A stretch of DNA of 64,000 nt from Eledone cirrhosa (lineage: Eukaryota), in assembly GCA_964016885.1 (NCBI GenBank), contig OZ024752.1, positions 30,814,001-30,878,000 of the forward strand. Reading direction: 5' to 3'. The notes beneath the pieces are model-generated. The model was not told the origin of the DNA. It did not search any database and saw nothing but the letters and a program-made list of their open reading frames with translations. Positions within the stretch are counted from its first letter, which is position 1, and each line of letters starts with the position of its first letter. The position numbers were made by a program, and so were the translations under genes. Below, piece after piece: positions 45,857 through 56,343 of the stretch.

Positions 45857-48800
45857 ATCATCATCATCATCATCATCAACGTTTAACGTCCGTGTTCCAC
45901 GCTTGCATGGGTTTGGACGGGGGTATTCCCACTTGAGGCAAGAGTGATTGTCTTGCTCGCATAGGACTGTCTGGCAGGTTTTCTACAGTTGGATGCCCTT
46001 CCTAACACCAACCACATTTACAGTGTGGGGCTGGGAGGTTTTTACCGTGTTGCCTACACGGCCACATTACAGCGTGGACTGTGTGTTTTTTTGTCGTGAC
46101 ACCTACACGATCTCATTTGTTTCGGCCTGGATGGCGCGGCACCAACATAACTTTACATAGAACGGGGTGGTGTGGATGGAGTGGGGGTGGGGGTGGTGGG
46201 ACGGGGTTTATTTTGTTAGCGATGCCTACTGGCTGTAGTAGGTTTTACTATGTATTTAGGTAAGGCGGGTCTTCTCTGTTACTGAGTACCGCCAAAGGTC
46301 TCGGTCCAGTGACATTGTCTTGGAGAGGTGTAAGTGTGTGAGGTCGGAGTTTATCAGCTCGTCCCAGGTTTTTCTAGGTCTGCCTATTCCGTGGCTACCG
46401 TCTATCTTTATTGCCCTGCACTTTGTTATACAGCTATCGACTTTCATGCGCATCACATGTCCATACCAACGTAGCCTTCTCTCGAGTAAACAACATCTGA
46501 TCCCTCTTATTTCTAATTTTGTCCTTAGTTCGTTTATGCTTTGCCGTTCACGTATATTACTATTACACATCCATCGGAGCATGCAAGCTTCGTTCCTCTC
46601 TAGTCTGCGTATATCCTCTGCACACAATGCCCAGGTCTCACTGCCATGCAACATTGCTGTTCGTATGCAGGCATCATACAACCTGCCTTTCATTTTTAGG
46701 GAGAACCCTTTAGCAGCTAATAGTGGTATAAGCTCTCTGAACTTTTTCCATCCAGTTCTGACTCTAGCTACTGTACTTTCAGAGCACCCTCCCCCACTGC
46801 TGATTTTGTCACCCAGGTAACGGAAGCTGTCCACTATTTCTATAGAGCCCTCTGAGCAGTTGTAAGAGCTAGTATTTTGTGGGCACTTGCTGCTACTTAT
46901 TGCACCAGAGCACCGGCCACATGTAAAATCTATGTTCTTAGTTAGCTTACCTGTGATCCCACTACATCTTTTATGCACCCATACTTTGCATTGGGGACAT
47001 AAAATGGAGTTTCTACATACGCCTTTCCTACACACTGAGCATGGCCATTTCCCGGAAGGGACCGCCGCCTTATTTTCTTTCCTACAAACTAGAACTTTAG
47101 TCTTAGCCAGGTTAATTTTAAGGCCTTTTGATTCTAGGCCGTGCTTCCATGTTTGGAATTTCTTCTCTAGCTCGGCCATTGATTCAGCTATGAGTGTCAG
47201 GTCGTCTGCGTATAGGAGTTCCCATGGGCAGCCGGTCTTGAACTCCTCTGTTATAGCCTGAAGGGCAATAATAAATAGTAGGGGGCTGAGAACAGAGCCC
47301 TGATGGACGCCAACTTTTACGCTAAACTCTTCACTATATTCGTTGTTAATTCTAACCTTGCTGACTGTTTCTTTATACATGGCTTGTATAGCTCTCACAA
47401 GCCATTCGTCGACACCTAGTTTTCTAAGGGCCCACCAGATAATGGAACGGGGGGACTCTGTCGAAGGCTTTCTCCAAGTCGACAAAAGCTAAGTATAGGG
47501 GTTTACCTTTAGCTAGGTACTTCTCCTGTAGTTGTCGTACGATGAAAAGAGCGTCTGTGGTACTTTTGCCTGACACAAACTCGAACTGCATTTCATCTAG
47601 GTCAATTCTCTCTCTGATTAGTTGCGCTATTACTTTTTCCGTGACCTTCATGACCTGGTCGATTAATTTAATGCCTCTATAGTTACTCCTATCTAGGGCA
47701 TCTCCTTTACCCTTATAACAGTTAACGATGATGCTGCTATGCCAGTCCTTCGGAACAACCCCATTCTGTACGACTTGGTTAACTATGCGGGTGACCATGG
47801 TGTGTCCCACCGTGCCAGATGCCTTCAGCATCTCAGCAACTATTTCCTATCTAGGGCATCTCCTTTACCCTTATAACAGTTAACGATGATGCTGCTATGC
47901 CAGTCCTTCGGAACAACCCCATTCTGTACGACTTGGTTAACTATCCGGGTGACCATAGTGTGTCCCACCGTGCCAGATGCCTTCAGCATCTCAGCAACTA
48001 TTTCCGAAGGCCCAGCTGCCTTACCCGTCTTCATATCCTTGATTGCCTTACTTATTATACTACCCTCGACTAACACTGCTGGTCCCTCTATTGGGTCGAT
48101 GTGGGGGAGACTGTCTTTCTCCCATTTATTCTCCTCATTTAGTAGCCTTTCATAGTGACACTTCCAAGCTACCTTCTTATCAGCATCGGTGATGGCAAGT
48201 ACGCCGTCATCATTAAGTACACACTTCTCCCCGACAATATCACGGTTTTCCTTGACACATTGCCTAGCAATCCTGAACACCTCACGTTTTTGGTCCTCGC
48301 GTTGTAGAACATGCTTGAACTTTCTTTCCTCTGCTTCCCTTCTTGCGAAGTACACTTGTCTCCTAGCTTCCCTCCTGGCCACTTGATAGTCTTCTCTACT
48401 TCCCCCATCCCGCCATACTTTCCAAGCCTGCTTTTTGGCCTTAATTGACCCCTCCACCTTACTGTTCCACCACCATGTTACTCTCCTCCTGCCTACAGAC
48501 CTGCTCCAGCCACAGACTTCGTCTGTCGCCATCAGCAGGTTTGCTTTCAGAAATTCCCACTGTCCCTCTATATTGTCCGACTCTAAATGCTCTTCCTTAC
48601 TGTCGAAAGCATCAAGTAATATGCTTTGAAATTTATTTCTGGCTGTGGGGTCCTTTAGCTTCCATATTTTTCTCCTGAGGATAGTCCTCTTCTGCTGTCG
48701 AGTACGTCTCGTCCTGACTATGAGGTCGCTAATTATCAGTCTATGTTGGGAGGTGCATTCTTCATGGGGGAGAGATTTAGTGTTTACAACAGACACTCCG

Positions 48801-49600
48801 TCACGTCTTCTGGTAAGGATATAATCTACCTGGCTTGTGTGTTCCCCGGATCTATAGGTGATCAGGTGATTGTCACGTTTTTTGAAGTTAGTGTTACAGA
48901 TAGTTAGGTTATTTGCGTCACAGAATTCCAGGATTCTGGAGCCTTCCTCATTTCTAGTACCAAACCCATAGCCTCCATGGATTTCGTCGTAGCCATCACA
49001 ATGTTGTCCAACGTGACCATTTAGGTCACCTGCAATAATTATATAGTCACTGTCGGTTATTTGGGAGGTAGTGAGCATCAGTGTCTCATAGAATCTGTCT
49101 TTTATAGTGCCGGGCAGTCCGGATTGGGGTGCGTACGCAGATATTACTGTCACCGTAGTTCTATTGAGGACAAGTCTTATTTTAATTATTCTGTCGTTCA
49201 CTCTATTTACGTCTATTATCTTATCTGCCCACTTTTCTGCTACCATGATTCCTACTCCACCCAGCCCATCGTCGTTTCCCACCCAGAAAAGCTTATAACA
49301 TCGTTTTTTACCCTCAATGAATCTAGCAGACCCACCCCTCCGCCTGGTCTCTTGAATACAACAAACATCGACCTCCTTACGTTCAAGCATTTCTACAACC
49401 TCGTTAGCGCGACCCTTTAAGGTGCCTACATTTATGGTACCAACTCTGAAGTTTTGGATTGCGTTTGGAGGGTGGGGGCGGGGGGAGATGGGGTTATGTT
49501 AGCCGTCCGCGGTCGAAACAAAGAGGAGTGCTCGCATTCTCGTCCACGAGGTGAATTTGTCTTTATCTTTGGCATTGTCGCTGAACGTCCAGATTTTTCT
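45857..49600 (-). mobile_element. Near-full-length RTE-clade LINE (family 1): APE, RT with PHD-like insert, long 3' UTR, (GAT)n tail
   Basis: FRVGTINVGTL, CIQET, GDLNGHVG, SQH endonuclease motifs; FVDLEKAFDRVP, QGSVLSP, YADD RT motifs. Disrupted by a 158-bp tandem duplication and two apparent homopolymer frameshifts. Confidence 0.93.
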
Positions 49601-49606
49601 CTCTCT

Positions 49607-49650
<44 letters not shown>

Positions 49651-49899
49651 ATAATACAATGTTGTCTTGGAATTTCTGAGAACAAGGTATATATATAATA
49701 CAGTTTCGTGTCTAGGAGTTACTGTGGACAAGATATAAGGAACAGTTGGTAGAATGGAACTTTAAAGTGTCTGATGTTGTCTAGAAATGTTAGTAAAATC
49801 TTTTTATGGGTCAACTTGGTTTTACTTTCTTCTTGGTCGAGTTAATCAACTTCATCATCCTATCCTTGAATGTGTAGGTTTGTGTCAATGTCATAAATA

Positions 49900-50335
49900 A
49901 GGGAGTAAGGTGAAGTGGTTGAGAGGGTAGTGTCTGACTAAAACCCCTTAAATAATGGAGTAAGGTGGAGTAGTAGAGATGGTAGTGTCTGACTAAAACC
50001 CCTTAAATATGGGAGAAAGGTGTAGTAGAGATGGTAGTGTCTGACTAAAACCCCTTAAATAAGGGAGTAAGGTGGAGTAGTTGAGATGGTAGTGTCTGAC
50101 TAAAACCCCTTAAATATGGGAGTAAGGTGGAGTGGTAGAGATGGTAGTGTCTTACTAAAAACCCTTAAATAAGGGAGTAAGGTGGAGTAGTTGAGATGGT
50201 AGTGTCTGACTAAAACTCCTTAAATATGGGAGAAAGGGGCAGTGGTAGCAATGGTAGCATTCCATTAAAACCCTTATAATAAGGGGCAGTGGTAGCGATG
50301 GTAGTATCTGACTAAAACCCCTTAAATAAAGGAGA
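49900..50335. repeat. ~55-bp tandem repeat (~7 copies)
   Basis: Unit GGGAGTAAGGTGGAGTAGTTGAGATGGTAGTGTCTGACTAAAACCCCTTAAATA. Confidence 0.9.
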
Positions 50336-51057
50336 ATGCGCATCACACGTCCGTACCAATGCAGTCATTTCTCTTGCAGACCACTTGCATGCTATATATA
50401 TCATATATTATATATATTTGTGTGTGTTATTGTATACACACATGCATATATATACATACATCCTTACTCATCTCATCAACACACTCACAAATACCCTTCC
50501 ATTCATATTTATTCTTCACCAACAACAACAGCATGTAGTAGTAGTAGTAGTAGTAGTAATGTTTAGAAACTATTTCTCCCGACTGTTTGATATATTGACT
50601 TATCCGATGTTAATACATTAGTTATGTCATATTTCATTAAGTGCTCATGTCTCTTTGATCTATTTTTTTTTTAAATAATTTTTTTTTTTTTTTTTTGTAT
50701 GTTCCCCTTTTCCCCTTTTCTCCCATTATCTTCATCACAGAATCATTAACAATATCTCATGGTACTTTCTATAGTAATAACATTCATTCACTGATTTCCA
50801 TGTCTTGTTTGGCAGAATAAATTTTTTGGTGTTTCTGGTGTTTTTGTCCTACTACAGCTGTATCAGCGAAAACCCCATGTGTAAATACTCTGCATACATG
50901 CAGCATAGAAATAGCTGTTTGCTTTAATAAATCATTTCTCATCTTGTAAAGTTGATTGATTAGTTAGTTATTGTTTTCTTTCTTTCGTTCTCTATTGATT
51001 TCCTTCGTTGTCGTCACAAGGCCCAGAACATGTGTACTGAAGTAGATAGAAATTAGA

Positions 51058-51169
51058 ATGTTACGCTGAAAACACCGGTTCTCGTCTGATCACCGAAGTT
51101 AAGCAAGGTCGAGCCTAGTTAGTACTTAGATGGGAGACCGCTTGGGAAACCTAGGTGCTGTAAGCATTT
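51058..51169 (+). pseudogene. 5S rRNA pseudogene (about 10 nt missing at the 5' end)
   Basis: ACGCTGAAAACACCGGTTCTCGTCTGATCACCGAAGTTAAGC...TTAGTACTTAGATGGGAGACCGCTTGGGAA...GTGCTGTAAGC matches the metazoan 5S consensus; isolated copy. Confidence 0.92.
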
Positions 51170-51249
51170 CCTTTTCACACACTGTAAATAAAATACCAGT
51201 AATGCACTGGGGTCGATATAATTGACTGGCCTTGTGCTTAAATCAGAAA

Positions 51250-51700
51250 CCATAATTACCAGGCAGTAGATTCCATTATTACCATAGGTAGATTCCATAA
51301 TTACCATAGGTAGATTCCATTATTACCAGGCAGTAGATTCCATAATTACCAGGCAGTAGATTCCATAATTACCAGGCAGTAGATTCCATTATTACCAGGC
51401 AGTAGATTCCATTATTACCATCAGTAGATTCCATAATTACCAGGCAGTAGGTTCCATTATTACCATAGGTAGATTCCATTATTACCATCAGTAGATTCCA
51501 TTATTACCATCAGTAGATTCCATTATTACCATCAGTAGATTCCATTATTACCATCAGTAGATTCCATTATTACCATCAGTAGATTCCATTATTACCATCA
51601 GTAGATTCCATTATTACCATAGGTAGATTCCATTATTACCATCAGTAGATTCCATTATTACCATAGGTAGATTCCATTATTACCAGACAGTAGATTCCAT
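51250..51700. repeat. 22-bp minisatellite ATTACCATCAGTAGATTCCATT (~20 copies)
   Basis: Directly visible; same motif as 14840-15990. Confidence 0.95.
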
Positions 51701-53255
51701 TCAGTCCATTGTTTGGTTCTGTCCTCATTCTACAGTTGAATTGTTTATCAATATCTAACTATAAACCCCACCCTATTATTAAATACTTCTGTTTAAAACC
51801 ATCCCATCAACTAATTATCTAATGAGGGGAAACTATGCAGTCATTCAGACTGCTAGAAACAGCAGCCATATCTATCTCAAATTGCTCCAAATTGTTTTTT
51901 GAAAACAAAACTAAACAAAAAGTAAGGACATCGGATGATAATGTAGTTCTCGATATACTTGTGTCTGAAAATATTGGATGTTGTGGATGGCCTTGGCTGG
52001 AATGCCTTTGATCATAATTCTGCTCAATTTGATCTGATATGTGACTTAATCTTTAGCACACTAGGAATGTTTATGAATTGCTTCCCTTGACACTGTATTA
52101 TGTATTCAGGGGAGATTACTCTATTGGTGACATAATGCACCTGTAGTGTCCAGAAGAACAATTGTAGTGATTTCTCATGACTGATGGAAGAGTCCAATTT
52201 GTTGTGAGAAACATGGATATATATAAAGCAAGGATGTATATTAAACAGGGGTGTATATAAAGCAATGATGTATAATTATTAAAATGAACCTGAGTTTATT
52301 TCTATTACATATTAGGCACCACGGAAAAAAGCACCCAGCACTCACTGTAAATGAGGTTGGTGTTAGGAAGGGCACCCAGCTGTAGAAATCAAGCCAAAAT
52401 CAGTTCCTGTATGAGCAAGACAAGGTCATCCAACCAGACACTGCCCACAACAGGACAACCCGTCTAACCCATGCTAGCGTGGAAGAACGGACGTAAAACG
52501 GTGATGATGATGATGATTATATTGCTTCTTACAGGATTTAAAGTGGTTGTTGATATTATCCTATATTTATTGCTTTGTTGGTGATGGTGATGATGGTGAT
52601 GGTGGTGTTGGTGTTGGTGGTGATGATGATGATGGTGGTGATGGTGCTGTGGTGATGGTGGTGTTGGTGGTGATGGTGATGGTGGGGGTGATGGTGGTGG
52701 TGATGGGCGGCGGTGGTGATGGTCGTGATGGCAATGGTGGTGATGGTGGAATTTTAATAAAGCCATAAAGTACTAAGTGATGTATGTATAACAACATAGG
52801 CAGGTGAATGAGTTGTCTGAAACAAAGAGATGAAAAATTGATTTTATTTCCCTCCTCTCTTTCTAGGCCAGTGATTCCCTAATGATGCATCACAACACAC
52901 TGACGTTGTGAGATTCAGCTAGATATGATGGCGCGGAAATAATAAATCTGCAGTTTTAAAAATACCCCCTCAAAAACGTGAAATATATTTTTTTAAAAAA
53001 CCGACTCATGTTTTTACATTGATAAATATGTTTCATGATTTATTTAGTGGTTATAGTAGAAAACAACTGGGACCTTGGGCAAGTGATTTCTACTAGAGCC
53101 CAAGGTCAACTAATGCCTTCTGAGTGAATTTGGTGGAGGGAAACTATAATAAAAGTTAGTGTATATGTGTGTGTAGGTCTGCATATATGTGTGTGTGTGT
53201 GTGTGTCTATCTGTGTCTGTGTGTGTCTTTGTTTCTGTGTGTGTGTTTGTTTCTT

Positions 53256-54125
53256 TCACTGTAAAGTGGTCATGTAGGTATCATGACAAAAAGCACCCAG
53301 TTCACACTGTAAAGTGGTCATGTAGGTGTCACGACAAAAAGCACCCAGTTCACACTGTAAAGTGGTCATGTAGGTATCACGACAACAAGCACCCAGTTCA
53401 CACTGTAAAGTGGTCGTGTAGATGTCACGACAAAAAGCACCCAGTTCACACTGTAAAGTGGTCATGTAGGTGTCGGGACAAAAAGCACCCAGTTCACACT
53501 GTAAAGTGGTCATGTAGGTGTCACGACAAAAAGCACCCAGTTCACACTGTAAAGTGGTCATGTAGGTATCACGACAAAAAGCACCCAGTTCACACTGTAA
53601 AGTGGTCATGTAGGTATCACAACAAAAAGCACCCAATTCACACTGTAAAGTGGTCATGTAGGTGTCACGACGAAAAGCACCCAGTTCACACTGTAAAGTG
53701 GTCATGTAGATGTCACGACAAAAAGCACTGTTCACACCGTAAAGAGGTCATGTAGGTGTCAGGACAAAAAGCACTGTCCACACTGTAGAGTGGTCATGTA
53801 GGTGTCACAACAAAAAGCACCCAGTTCACACTGTAAAGTGGTCATGTAGGTGCCAAAACAAAAAGACAAAAAGCACTGTCCACACTGTAGAGTGGTCATG
53901 TAGGTGTCATGACAAAAAGCACCCAGTTCACACTGTAAAGTGGTCATGTAGGTGTCACGACAAAAAGCACCCAGTCCACACTGCAAAGTGGTCATGTAGG
54001 TGTCACAACAAAAAGCACCCAGTCCACACTGTAAAGTGGTCATGTAGGTGTCACAACAAAAAGCACCCAGTCCACACTGTAAAGTAGTCATGTAGGTGTC
54101 ACAACAAAAAGCACCCAGCATACAC
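53256..54125 (+). repeat. 48-bp tandem repeat (~18 copies) derived from a SINE/RTE-tail module, ending in an RTE-type tail at ~54293
   Basis: Unit CACTGTAAAGTGGTCATGTAGGTGTCACGACAAAAAGCACCCAGTTCA; single copies at about 480-530 and in the RTE family 1 3' UTR. Confidence 0.92.
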
Positions 54126-54754
54126 TGCAAATATGGTTTGCGTTAGGAAGGGCATCCAGCCATAGAAACTGAGCCAGAAACAGTTCTGTGTGAGCAAGAC
54201 ACGGTCACCGAACCCAACTTGCCTCAAAGGAACACTCTGTCTAACCCATGCTAGCGTGGAAAAATGCACATTAAAGAGCAATGTTGATGATGATTTGCTC
54301 TTAATGGTAGTGAAGTTTTATTTATGAAGGATCAAGAATACATCCTGATATTAATAGTACTTCTTTGTAACTGTTTTTTCTTCTGGTTTATAATTCATGA
54401 TACACAACTCCTCAGTAGTCAAAAAAAATTCAGCATCATCTAAATTTTGTTCCATGTGTAATGCACATTTAGGGGCTCTTGGTGACATTGGATGCTTTTA
54501 CTGTGGTGACTGAGCTTTGGTTCCTGGGTCATACCTTTATACTTTTACATCTGTACACCCACATCCCATCTCCAGTTATCCCTGTATTCAGGTACTCTGG
54601 ATCCTTGTTGGCACTATCAGCACCTCTGACATATGGTGCCTGACATTAACTGATGGATTCGGTGAGCTTGCCAAAAACTATGCATGCGTATAAATGAATG
54701 CAGCTTCACTCTGCACTTTTTGTCTCCCTAATGTTATTACTTCCCACATGAAAA

Positions 54755-54791
54755 AAAGTAAAGTTGGATACTTTTTCAACAGACCTCATAT
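54755..54791 (-). mobile_element. mariner-like terminal inverted repeat remnant
   Basis: Minus strand TATGAGGTCTGTTGAAAAAGTATCCAAC resembles mariner TIRs. Confidence 0.5.
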
Positions 54792-55086
54792 ATCTATCTG
54801 TCTCTCTCTCTCTCTCTCAGAACACTGATTGAGTTTCACTTCAAATATATTAATCAGTTAATTAATTATTAATTAACGAATCACCTAATTGATTAATTAG
54901 TCAAAGTCCTCTCATCACAGTCATGACTTTATCAATTATTACATGGAATATGTGTAGACAAAGAAGACACACTAAGGGCAATAGACATTGATAAGGTCAC
55001 AGGTTGTGACAAAAAGACTAATTAGGTGAGTGGTTAATTTATCAACTGATTGATGGATTAATTATTCAGTTAATATAATTGAAGCG

Positions 55087-55122
55087 TCTTAACGTTTCAG
55101 ACACTAGTCCTTCATCAGAAGA
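55087..55122 (-). ncRNA. Minimal type I hammerhead ribozyme motif in a Penelope-like remnant (54835-55240)
   Basis: Minus strand TCTT-CTGATGA-A-GGAC tagt GTCT-GAAACGTT-AAGA with palindromic AACGTT; degenerate inverted arms at 54837-55086. Confidence 0.72.
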
Positions 55123-55260
55123 TAGAGTTAGACATATAGAAGATAAATAGAAAGTAAAGAGTGATAAGAGGAAGGAACGAGGGAAAAATGAGAAAAAAAT
55201 AAATTGGGGAGAAACAAAAACACATGCATATTTAGTCGGCCATCTTATATATATATATAT

Positions 55261-55459
55261 ATAGGAACGAGTAGGACCCCGACGGCTGAGCTCAAGCCGT
55301 TTCGACGGCTAATTCTGGACTAATTCCAGAATTAGCCGTCAAAACGGTTTGAGCTCAGCCGTCAGGGTCCTACTCGTTCCTATTACCCACTCTACTACTC
55401 TAAGTATTGAGTACTTTGGTGCGTTATGGTCCACCTGGTTCCTTACCACATTTCCTTCG

Positions 55460-55461
<2 letters not shown>
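55261..55461 (+). mobile_element. Fold-back Penelope-like remnant in (TA)n
   Basis: ~59-bp inverted arms around a CTAAT loop, then a unique tail shared with 40137-40218. Confidence 0.72.
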
Positions 55462-55496
<35 letters not shown>

Positions 55497-55820
55497 GGAG
55501 GCACATGGCTTAGTGGTTAGAGCATTGGCCTTGCAATCGAAAGGTTGTGAGTTCAATTTTCAGACCGGGTGATGTGTTGTTTCCTTGAGCAAGACACTTT
55601 ATTTCACATTGCTCCAGTTTACTCAGCTGTAGAAATGAGATCATTCCACTGCAAAGTGGTTGTGGAGGTGCCACGGCAAAAATGCACTCAGCACTCACTG
55701 TAAATGAGGTTGGTGTTAGGAAGGGCATCCAGCTGTAGAAATCAAGCCAGAATCAGTTCCCGTCCCACCCCTTTCAAGCAGGGAAAAGTGGACGTAAAAT
55801 GATGATGATGATGATGATGA
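55497..55820 (+). mobile_element. Family B composite SINE (tRNA, CORE-like, RTE 5'-like motif, RTE family 2 tail)
   Basis: A/B boxes, CCTTGAGCAAGACAC, GTTGGTGTTAGGAAGGGCATCCAGC, CCGTCCCACCC...GCAGGGAAAAG-GGACGTAAAA(TGA)n. Confidence 0.9.
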
Positions 55821-55838
55821 TATATATATATATATACT

Positions 55839-56240
55839 TGGGGAGGCTCATATTGTTGTAATAATATTGCCAGAAATAATAACAGAACACACTCACTGTT
55901 TGGTTGGTTTTCACTTCTATATCTTTTATATCTCCATAGTTAATTCATTTGGCCATCAATGTTTATCACTGACTGACCAACGGTCAAAAATACAGATATA
56001 AATACATATATATAGTCTAACAAATTTCTTTCGTTGCACATCTGCAACATCATCAGTGGTACTATTATCATGTTTCCCCTGCTGTATTGTATGTATTGTA
56101 CTGTCTACGCCATTTTTATTTTTTGGCCAAATGAATTAACTATGGAGATATAAAAGATACAGAAGCGAAAACCAACCAAACAGTGAGTGTGTTCTGTTAT
56201 TATTTCTGGCAATATTATTACAACAATATGACCCTCCCCA
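55839..56240 (-). mobile_element. Penelope-like remnant with ~116-bp inverted arms and a hammerhead-like core
   Basis: Arms 55839-55955 and 56124-56240. The spacer reads CTGATGA-T-GTTGCA gatg TGCAAC-GAAA on the minus strand (56029-56056). Confidence 0.65.
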
Positions 56241-56305
56241 TGTATAACAATATTTGTTTTGACACACGATTTCATATCAAAAACCTTGCAAAACAAATTC
56301 AACGC

Positions 56306-56343
<38 letters not shown>

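Noticed and set aside
51058-51169. Functional 5S rRNA gene
   Set aside because: The 5' strand of helix I is missing, the copy is isolated and there is no clean T-run terminator directly after it.
53189-54130. Cys/His-rich 16-aa repeat ORFs resembling metal-binding proteins
   Set aside because: The unit is a non-coding SINE/RTE tail module seen elsewhere in the window.
54640-54700. CTGATGGA...CCAAAAAC hammerhead-like spacing
   Set aside because: Both core halves deviate from consensus and no stem I is evident.
55497-55575. tRNA genes at SINE heads (also 19648, 30143, 44228)
   Set aside because: A/B boxes are present, but there is no complete cloverleaf and each runs into a SINE body.
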